Of a stretch of 64,000 nt of DNA, positions 1-9,033 are shown in pieces. The translations under genes and the position numbers were made by a program. This DNA comes from Craspedostauros australis (lineage: Eukaryota): positions 1 through 64,000 of the forward strand of contig JALAGF010003400.1 in NCBI GenBank assembly GCA_030167865.1. Direction: 5' to 3'. Within the stretch, counting starts at the first letter, position 1. Each line of letters begins with the position of its first letter. The notes under the pieces are model-generated. The model had not been told where the DNA came from. It saw only the letters and a program-made list of their open reading frames with translations, and did not search any database.

Positions 1-10
1 TGCCAAAGCG

Positions 11-1153
11 ATGCTCTCCGTCCCTTTCTACATTTACGAAGATTGGGACTGGCTGCAACATGGAAGTTACCAGGGCAAATCCATGCTGAGTCTGATCAAT
101 GACCCCACATCCCTCAAGGATCTTGGCACCATCATGCAGTTCAAGCTCTGCACAGATTTCTGGTTCCTCTTGGCTGCTTACAACCATCCTCAACGCACCA
201 AGGATCCCAACGAGGCCAAGATCTTCGTCGTCCCCACACTGGTCAACTTCTATTCCCGCTGGGGCATCCAGCCGGAAGAACTTTGCGTCAAGGGTCACTG
301 TGGCGGCCGCCTCATGCAGTACACCATGAACCAGCTCTCCGAATCGCCGTACTTCCAAAAATCAGGCGGCAAGGATCACATCATGGTCAATTCCTACAAT
401 TACTACTGGAAGCGTCTGCCTTGGATGTACCGATTTGCCATGCCATGGAAGAATCTGTTTTCTAGGGTGAATATGATCGGTTTCGACGGACGCAAGGACA
501 ATCACCGCAATCGGGAGAATTTCCCTGATCACAAGTTCGGTAGCCGATGTCAACCGACTGAAGAGAAGTTGCATGATTTTGCAATGATCGCAAGTCTGCA
601 TCCGGAGAAACGAAGATTCCTCGATCGGCGCAATCTGTGCAAGTGGATGGGGCAGCCATCGGGCGAAGATACCAGCAGCGGCAACCTTGCCGCATCCTCA
701 TCGTCGGCTTATGACATGAGCATTTGCGGCAGAGGCAAGCAATGCCCGGCGTTGGCGGAAGCCCGATACTCCTTCCAGGTCTTGGGTGATACTGCGGGAT
801 CGCAACGACTGATAGACATCGTGCTCAGTGACACTGTGCCCATATTCACACGGCCAAAACAGTATCAAGCGCAGGCCGATTTCATTGATTGGGATGAGGT
901 CTCGTACTTTGCCGACATCTCCACTGAGCAACGATTCTTGCGAGATATTGACAAGGTCATCACCAACAGTGTTGGGTACGCCGTCAAGCTCGAGAAGGTG
1001 ATTGCCAACAAGGAATTGTTTGATTGGGAGACATCTACGACATTCGATATGTTCATGTTCGTGTTGCAGTCCAGGATTTATCCCGAAACGATATCGAAGG
1101 ATGCCAAGCTACCGTATTCCGCATTGAAGGTTCCACGGGTTGGCGACAAATGA
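11..1153 (+). CDS. Exostosin-family (GT47) glycosyltransferase, probably 5'-partial
   Basis: Motifs typical of GT47: VPFYIYE, HPQRTKDPNEAKIFVVP, SPYFQKSGGKDHIMV and GDTAGSQRLIDIVLSDTVPIF. The frame is open to the window edge upstream of ATG 11, so the N-terminal anchor likely lies outside the window. Confidence 0.85.
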   Translation: MLSVPFYIYEDWDWLQHGSYQGKSMLSLINDPTSLKDLGTIMQFKLCTDFWFLLAAYNHPQRTKDPNEAKIFVVPTLVNFYSRWGIQPEELCVKGHCGGRLMQYTMNQLSESPYFQKSGGKDHIMVNSYNYYWKRLPWMYRFAMPWKNLFSRVNMIGFDGRKDNHRNRENFPDHKFGSRCQPTEEKLHDFAMIASLHPEKRRFLDRRNLCKWMGQPSGEDTSSGNLAASSSSAYDMSICGRGKQCPALAEARYSFQVLGDTAGSQRLIDIVLSDTVPIFTRPKQYQAQADFIDWDEVSYFADISTEQRFLRDIDKVITNSVGYAVKLEKVIANKELFDWETSTTFDMFMFVLQSRIYPETISKDAKLPYSALKVPRVGDK

Positions 1154-1400
1154 AGGACAATGACACACACCGTGAACATCACATTTCGCGTGTGGGTAGC
1201 ATCCGTAAGATGGTGGAGTGATGCTGATCAGTCGCACAGTGGCATGACACAGGCTGCAGAAGCAAGGGAGTGTACTCTACGTATTACAACCATCATGCGT
1301 AATAACACATCCATCAATGGTCTTATTCTAATTCATTGCAATCTCCAACAGGTCGTGTCGTAAGAGTGCATAGTACATAGGATGACAGTAGGCATGAGGG

Positions 1401-3716
1401 CTATTGCACGTCGTTCCTGCTACCGTCCCCATCAATAGTATCTGCCTGCTGGCGTATTGATGATTCGACGCTGGAAATGAGACCATAGTTCGGCACCAAG
1501 TTTTTATGTGCGAGCACGGATCCAGTCAGCGGGCTCTTGTCGCTTGTGGCAAGCCATCGGCGGATTGCCACTTCCTCGTACGTATGACCTGCAGTTATAC
1601 GCGTGGTTTGGTTTGGGTGCAGAATGGAATGGAAGAGATTGAAGACATGGAGAATGGCAGAATGAAGGGGTTGGTGAGTATTGCTGTCATCCGCAGTGCA
1701 AGGTTGCAGTACAAGGTCTCAGTACAAGTTCGCACAACCGCAATCTGCACAAGACTCACCATCCGGTGCAACGACTGGTTCTACCATCGGTTCTCCAGTG
1801 ATTGGGCATGGTGGCATGCCAGGCAGCGCCTCCGTGCGATCATTCCCATCCAAATCCAATGCCATGGTGGATTGCAGATCGAGCAACGTGCTGACTTCTT
1901 CCTGGACTTCCTGGATGGCCTGAGAGTGCTGCTGACCAGTGCTGCTGCTGCTGCTGTTGTTGTTGTTGGTGGTGGTGTTGTTGCTGCTGCCAGAATTGCT
2001 GTGGGGAGAGTCGTGCGTCGGTATGTCCAACGAGAATGATGCCGATGGATTGTTCCTTCCGTCCCAATTCGTGGCGTGCACAATGTCGCTCACCGCCGTG
2101 TCAATTCCTCCATTGAACCAGCGTTCGAAGATGGACAGACTGCCTTGGACCACTTCGCTGCTGATGGACAGTAAACCATCGACGGGAACACGATCGATCG
2201 TCTCCGTGAGACTGCTCGCGACGATGGAGTTTGAGAGCCGTTCCTGGATGGATGAGAGCTCTTCTTGGCAGATCTCGGCAGCGCTTGAGGCCTGCACTTC
2301 ACACACCAGCATGTGCCTGTGTGTCTGGAACGAGCAGATCCATCCCTCCGGCGTTTTGTAGGAGAGCTGGACGTGGTCGGCCATGACTTCGGATACCTGG
2401 TACTGCTGGTGGGGCACGAGGGGGAACAAGTCGTCGGGACGGCAGAACTGCGTGAAACGGCACAGATCCCCTCGCCGCAGATTCGCTTCATTGCTTTCGT
2501 ATTCACAGGTGATCCGCACACGGGCGCGATTCGATGCCACCCCAGTCAACGATACCCAGCTGTCGATGGTGGCGCTGACGCCGGTGAGCAAATGCACGAC
2601 GTCGATCGATGCCATTCCCAGGAAGGTGTCGTCGGAATCGCCGGACGCCGACTGTTTGGACCAGCCCATCTTATCCTCCTTGTTCGTTTTCGTTTCGCCG
2701 TCGACCGAGCCAGTGAAGATCGCCACCGTCAACACGGAGTTCGGTTTCTTGTACTCGTACTGCGATCCGCTCCTGCTGCTGTCAAGGGTTGCCATGCTGT
2801 CCGATGTCGCCATTGTTGTCGTTACTGTTGTCGTTGTCGTCGTCATTTCTGTTGTGATGTCCTTCGGCGGATTGTGCATGAGGTGGTTGGCCGGGAGCGA
2901 TACATCCAAGAACATAGACTCATGCCTTGGCCACGTGGGGTCTGTGGAGTTGAAGACCATGGAAGTCCTTTGTGTTGAATTGCCAAACTTCACGCTGGCG
3001 TACGGGTTGATTGCATTTTGGTTGGAATTGCCCCCGAATCGACTGGCAACACCGAACAACCCCCTTGGTGCTTCATTGTTCTTCGGATTCTGCGTGCGTG
3101 TGAATGTATGCCATGGTGATGAAGACAACGGGATTGCAAGTATAATACATCGTGATCGAAGCGAGCAGTTGTGAGAACGGGGCCAGCGGAATGCCATTGT
3201 GCAAACGCATCCATTGGGAGGTAACAAGCGAAGCTCTGGAGTCCTCTCTGTTTGCTGCAAACAAGATTACGGTATGCCTCTCACCTCCAGACCACGTGCA
3301 GCGACCACGCGCACGATGAGCGTCCCCAGCAGGTACTCTTCCATGTCTTCCTGATCATCGTCATCGTCATCATCAATATCGTCCGATTCAGGTGTGGTGA
3401 TGTTGCTTGAATCTTCTGCTGGTTTGCGCTTGCCTTCATGTCTGTGCCATCGAGAATCATCATCATCATCAGGTGATGTTGCTGTTGTTGCAACAGCTGC
3501 ATTGATTGGTTGCTGCCCATCTTGTGACAACGAAAGGCGACCTTCGTTGGAGGCTATGGAACTGAGAGCCGCTTGGGAGTTCGCGCCAACTTGGCTGTCA
3601 TCTCCGTCACCATCAGAAGCAGAAGCAGCAGAAGCAATAGCAGCAATAGCGGTGTCACTGTCCTGACTGTCTTCTGTGCCAAGCCTCAAGTTCTGCATGG
3701 ACCCATTCCAGCTCAT
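1401..3716 (-). CDS. C2-domain + C-terminal U-box protein (putative E3 ubiquitin ligase); exons 3716-3285, 3089-1760, 1588-1401; about 649 aa
   Basis: GT-AG introns at 3284-3090 and 1759-1589 join in frame. C2 domain: GTLIVRVVAARGLE/...INPYASVKFG...RTSMVFNSTDPTW. U-box rebuilt across intron 2: CPITGEPMVEPVVAPDG/HTYEEVAIRRWLATSDKSPLTGSVLAHKNLVPNYGL. The last exon is absent from the ORF track. Confidence 0.85.
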
Positions 3717-3984
3717 GGTTTCATCTGAAGTGCTGTATTGACTGGCCTCTCAGCTCTTTGTTGTGCAGCGTGTTTGTGCAGCGTGTTTGTGTCTGGAATG
3801 TGTTGACTCTGACACGGTTGTGCGAAGTGATTCCTGGGTTGTGGTTGTTGTTTGTGTGTCGGAGGGAGAAACCCAGTCGCGTCCTCTTCGTTCTGCAAAC
3901 TTCGCTGTTTGCAAAACACAACGAAAGACGAATGAAAGACAAGCGATGGACAGACAGACGGAGATTTGGAGGCATTCTTCACGA

Positions 3985-4016
3985 TACTCGTACGACTACT
4001 CGTACGACTACTCGTA
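3985..4016. repeat. Short tandem repeat, 12-bp unit TACTCGTACGAC, about 2.7 copies
   Basis: Read directly; lies between the C2/U-box start and the DHFR stop. Confidence 0.8.
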
Positions 4017-4144
4017 GTCTACTCTAACTGAGAACCTTATCTTACTGCCTCTTTGCTACTATACCTTCTTCTCTCTTCGTAGCCATGCCGAGGCTTCCTT
4101 GTGATGCCAAAGCAAGTCACTCGTAGGTAAGCAATGTTGCCAAA

Positions 4145-4786
4145 TCATGGGGAACTGCGCGTGTAAACGTGATGCGTGAATCCCGGCGCTCCATCCTCAG
4201 GAGGGTACACCGTGTTGGACATCTCTTTGAAGGACTTCTCCCAAACAGATTTGTCAGGGAACCTGGCGACTGCTTCTGGAAGCTTGCCTGTCTTTGGTGA
4301 CGGCGACGTCAAATCAACCTCCGTGTCCACAATGCTGAGGTAGACATGTGTCACTGCCTCATTTTGCACTGCTTGCGTGTAGAGTCCTTCCCCGCCAATG
4401 ACCCAGCACTTGGGAGGAACGTCGATACTGGTCGCATCAGTATTATCGTTCAATTTCTGTGTTGCCAGTTCTTTGGCACGCTCCAACGCAGCCTCCAATG
4501 ATCCCGCAACCTCCAGCTTGGTGGGGAATTTGGATACGGGAGCTTTCTTCATTGTTCTGGAAACAATGATGCAATGCGAGGCATGTCCGATGTGTTCCTG
4601 GCTTTCGGATTCCAGGAAGGTCCGGCGGCCCATGATCATGATGCTATTCGCGGTCAGTCTCGTGTAGATCGCATACTCGTGCGGGATGCTCCAGGGCAGG
4701 CCACCATCGATGCCGATGACGCGATTGTTGGCCATTGCCGACACGATGCCGAATGGGACGGTCGGTGGATTGTTTGCTGCGATCAT
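4145..4786 (-). CDS. DHFR: Monofunctional dihydrofolate reductase (no thymidylate synthase domain)
   Basis: IVSAMANNRVIGIDGGLPWSIPHEY, IMIMGRRTFLES, CIIVSRT and WVIGGEGLY are DHFR signature segments. First in-frame ATG is at 4786 (the ORF-track start at 4900 is TTG); an upstream exon is possible. Confidence 0.88.
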   Translation of the reverse strand: MIAANNPPTVPFGIVSAMANNRVIGIDGGLPWSIPHEYAIYTRLTANSIMIMGRRTFLESESQEHIGHASHCIIVSRTMKKAPVSKFPTKLEVAGSLEAALERAKELATQKLNDNTDATSIDVPPKCWVIGGEGLYTQAVQNEAVTHVYLSIVDTEVDLTSPSPKTGKLPEAVARFPDKSVWEKSFKEMSNTVYPPEDGAPGFTHHVYTRSSP

Positions 4787-5161
4787 CGGAGATGGTTGGT
4801 GCTGATGCTGCTGTCGTTGTGGGCTGATGATGCTCGTGTGTCTGTAGCCTGAAGAGTTGATGGATTTATGAGTCACACAGGGCAGCACCTGTGAAGCCAA
4901 GAAGGAGTGTTGCGATTGATCTGCTAGAAAGAAGCGTGGCTGGATTCATTTCGCAGAAAGCAGTATTCTATTAGTTCGCGTGAAATGACGGCGATCATCG
5001 ATGATGGCACTTGTTGGTCGAGTGCAAGTAGAACACACGGTGCACCCGTCCTCGATGTGTCGGGAGGAATACACAACGCTGGGGTGGATGTGCTGACCAG
5101 TAGGTCATCTGGTGACCAGTGCGCCGCGCGAACTACTCTCACGCGACCGTGCCCGATACGG

Positions 5162-5283
5162 GGAGTCCATGTCGATGCAAACTCTGCTTGGGGGAAAAGC
5201 TTGGAGTCCATGTCGATGCAAACTCTGCTTGGGGGAAAACTTGGAGTCCATGTTGATGCAAACTCTACTTGGGGGAAAAGCTT
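5162..5283. repeat. Minisatellite, three copies (41/40/41 bp) of GGAGTCCATGTCGATGCAAACTCTGCTTGGGGGAAAAGCTT
   Basis: Copies at 5162-5202, 5203-5242 and 5243-5283, head-to-tail with no spacers and only 1-2 differences each. Confidence 0.95.
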
Positions 5284-5881
5284 GGAATCGAAGGGGAAGT
5301 GCCGATTATGAGCCCAAGGCACGAGCCATTTACATCTACCTCTGGCATGGTCTCCACTGTGCTGCGCGCGATTCAGTTGCTGGTGCCCTGGTCAAACAAC
5401 CAATTGACTGGAAATAACGCTCGCGTCTCCTTGGATGAATTGTGACGAGGTTTTCGGCTTCGCGTCTTGTGAGTCGATCTACCTCTGTACCATTTGAATA
5501 TGTACTATTTGGTACCCAAAAGTGGTCTATTTGTGTGCCCACAATTACGATATTTTCAGTTGTGAATGCGCTTGTTTGGGAATTCCAAGGAGGCATTAAA
5601 CGTATGTATGTCGTCCGTGTGTGCCAAACAAACAAGCAAAACACACACAAACACAAACTCGGATCGAAACTCCACCAAGAACTCCACCCAAACACAAACA
5701 GCACACCGGATCTCAATCAGCCACCACACATCACCACCCGTTCAGCTACGCCCATCTCTCTGTCGTGGAGAGCAGAGTCTCCATCTTCATCCCCGCACTT
5801 GCCATACGAAGCGATATCGATAGCGACAAGAACGACCATAGAATAGCGAATAGCGAAGGAAGGAAAAGGAAGATACGAACG

Positions 5882-6596
5882 ATGGCGAAGTCAACAGCAA
5901 TTCAAACCTCGGGAGGCATGAAGGGGTTCTTCCAGAAAGCCGGGAAATCGTTCCTGGCCGGCGGATTGTGGGCCAAGGAGACATCGTGGTGGCTCATGCA
6001 GAAGGGAGGCACGGTCGGCCTCTTCCTGGCGTCCACGTCGATGGTCATCCTCATGCCTTTGGTTTTCGAAATCAACCGTGAAGTTCAGGTAGGGACAGCA
6101 TCGCCCGCAGCCAAACGTTCATAGTGTGGGGAAGGACATGGCATTGCATGGCTTTGCTCGATGATACTCGCATGTGCAAACACTCAATCCACCCACAACA
6201 CGCCACCAGATGCTCACCTGTCCGTGCATTGCCACTCTGCTTCATGTGCTTGTGCTCTACGATTCCGCATTTGCATTTGCATTCTTCACGTTGTCTTCCA
6301 CGATCATTCAATAATAAATCATGGCAAACATGCACGCCAACACGACGTGCTTTCACATGCTTGGATCGTACACGCGATGCCGCTCGTCGCAAACTTGAAT
6401 GCGGATACAAATATAATATTATGGTATGACCAAACGATGGACCAAACAATGAACTGCGCAGATGCTGGATTCGGAGCGATTACAGGTGAAGGAACTCAGA
6501 AATCAAGGGCACAGCGACAGACAGCTTCAGGAACTGGGATTCCAGTCTTCGGCATTGCATAGCCCGTCAGTGGCGTCCCTCGGAGGCATGAAGTAA
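5882..6596 (+). CDS. TOM22: Mitochondrial import receptor TOM22/Tom9-like; exons 5882-6088 and 6462-6596; about 113 aa
   Basis: TM segment GLFLASTSMVILMPLVFEINREVQ resembles the Tom22 motif W...TT..L..P...E..REQ. A phase-0 GT-AG intron joins MLDSERLQVKELRNQG...GGMK*. The N-terminus is basic and short, as in plant Tom9. Confidence 0.8.
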
Positions 6597-6997
6597 AGGC
6601 TGGGACGAGCACCATGGCGGTGATGTGGAGGAAATGAATGCCGAATCAACCACTGAACAAGAACATGGGCGGACAGCAACTAGGTGACTGGAAGAGCGCA
6701 ACCTTGCTCGTGAAATTTGGGATGGATGGAGGACACAACAATGCTTGCACCAGTCGGTGGTTGATGCTGCGCTCAGCATTTGGAAAACACCCAGTGAACA
6801 GAATGGGCTGGATACGGAAATCAATGCGAGATTGTGCAAAACCAACAGTGGTACTTCGATGAAGTATAATAAAAGCTCCTAGTAGGGCAGCAGCGAAGTG
6901 GCGAATGTCTCGGCCGAAGATCACCAATTTCATGGATTCCTGGGTTCAGAAACATGCGCATATCACCACCATGCATGTTCCTTTGCCAGTGCTGATC

Positions 6998-7022
6998 GAT
7001 TGATTGATTGATTGATTGATTG
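6998..7022. repeat. (GATT)n microsatellite
   Basis: About six consecutive GATT units. Confidence 0.85.
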
Positions 7023-7293
7023 GTGTGAAGCAAGGCGTCGTTAACGCAGCAGGAATGGAGAGTGCACTTTGCGTGTGAGTTTGCAATACAGAGATAGCTC
7101 GTACCTGTATTCGTTCCATGCTGGCGGTCGCATTCACGTCCCTCATCAATCACTCATTGTCGGCTCGAGGAGCGTCGCCCAGCTCGTCTGTGTGGTGTCA
7201 GTCCTCTTGGACCCCAGCTCGCACCATGCTCCCCACACGGGTGCGACAGATTCGGGTGCCGGCTGGCCACTCCACGCGATTCTGCTGTGACGA

Positions 7294-8070
7294 TGACGTG
7301 TTTGCTCTGGATTGGTGGTTAGTTCGTTGAAGAATGTTGATGAACGACGGGATTGGCATGAGTGTGGCGAAGTGAGGGACTCTGCCTGTTCGTTGCTCGG
7401 TATCTATTCGCATTCGCAACCTCAGATGTGGTGATGCATTTCCAACCACCACCTGCCCACGAGACAGCACCACGTCGCGCGAACTGCGCAACAGGCCACA
7501 CACGAAGAGCCATCTTCACCCGCGGCGGCGTCAGCGTTGATGCCACTGACAGGTGGGAACTGACATCCAGGTCACCGGCGATTGATGATTCGTAATGATG
7601 ACGTCAAATGCGACAGCAGAATGGGGAGACGAATCCATCCCACAGTACACGGATGACAATTGGACAGCAACGCGAGAAGGCCGAATTCGTGGCGCAGTGC
7701 TGTCGAATGTCAATCCCAGGACGACCAACAGGCGACGCGAAGAACAAGGATCGCAACGGAACGATTGTTCGGTGACGGCGCCACCCGATGTGTACTCTTC
7801 GCTGACCTCTGGTTGTGTGACGAGGTTAAGGCTGTGTTGCCTTTACGTGCAACGTACGAGGATGTCCAAAATGAGTGGACCCCAGGCACAGGGGCTGCTG
7901 TTGTGACATCACAGAACGACAGCGCTCATTAATTAGGGCGTGTTGCACACGACACGAATCGCGGTTCGGGTGCAAGCACTCTTACGTAATGATGTTGTGC
8001 AAGATGCGTTAAACCGATAAGATGACATGGTGTGGCATCTGCTCGTTTTCTGCGATCTGATTGGTTACGT
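7294..8070. promoter_or_regulatory. Cluster of ACGT-core bZIP-type elements upstream of the bZIP-PAS gene
   Basis: TGACGT 7294-7299, TGACGTCA 7599-7606, TTACGT 7843-7848, TTACGTAA 7982-7989, TTACGT 8065-8070. Function is inferred. Confidence 0.4.
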
Positions 8071-8863
8071 GTTCGTCAGTGCCGCCAGATGGTTGCAAGA
8101 CGCCTATAATTGACTTATGTCCCATTTGAATCTGATCAGATGGTCCTGTTTATCGCTGGTGCAACCTGCGATCGTTCGTACGCACAGTTGTACGTGGAAC
8201 TGTACGGAGTAAGTTTGGGACAGCTGTCCCACCACCCGGTACGACAACCTTGTCTTGATGTGCGCCAAATTGCGCGCCGTGGCCACAACAAACGGGAGGA
8301 AAGCAAAGCACAAGAAAGCAAACGAAATCGCCACAAAGACCACTCATCAATCCATCATCCCCACCATCCCAACCAAGCAGCACCCGAGCACAGCATAACA
8401 CAGCAGCCATCAGCTTATCAACCCACTACTAACCCATTCATCCATCCATCCATCCATCCATTCATCAAGCGATCATCGAAAGCATCATTATCAGGAGCAC
8501 GACCGCAGTGCAGCATTCAAGAGAGACAACGGACCAGCAGAAGCCGCGACGGTGACAGCAAAGACGGCATCAGACGCATCAGATCGGATCACATCCACAG
8601 TCACATCTGCATCTGCGGCAGTAGTAGAGAGACCGGGAGGCAAGGCGGACGGAAGTATCGGCCGTTGTTGCTGTGGTTCCAACAGACTAGAGAGCGCAAG
8701 GAGACAGCGGAACAAGGCAGATCATCGGGCCCTTTGATCAAGCACTTCCAACAAACGAGGCTGGGGTGATCGGGAACAACTGTAAGCAAGACACCCGCTC
8801 TCGTGTGCCCGCTGTTCCACCGCTGCCCAGAAGGAACAACTGCGGAGGCAAAGCACTTCATTG

Positions 8864-8906
8864 CACTGCACTGTACCACTGCACTGTACCACTGCGCTGT
8901 ACCACT
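8864..8906. repeat. 13-bp tandem repeat CACTGCACTGTAC, three copies, in the presumed 5' leader of bZIP-PAS
   Basis: Copies at 8864-8876, 8877-8889 and 8890-8902 (one mismatch in the third). Confidence 0.85.
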
Positions 8907-9033
8907 CCACAAGCACCGCGAACAGCAGGATCAGCAGTCACCGCCGCCACAGCAGTATCAGCAGCAGCAGCACTGACTAAGGTGGCCGGTGCGATAACCA
9001 CGGCTAGTACTACCACACAGGTTACCGACGGCC

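Noticed and set aside
3255-3284. 30-nt intron joining exon 1 to ORF 1719..3260
   Set aside because: Far shorter than the other introns here and it would insert non-C2-like sequence; the acceptor at 3090 gives a cleaner domain.
5162-5283. CRISPR-like array
   Set aside because: Repeats are contiguous with no unique spacers, there are no cas genes, and the context is eukaryotic.
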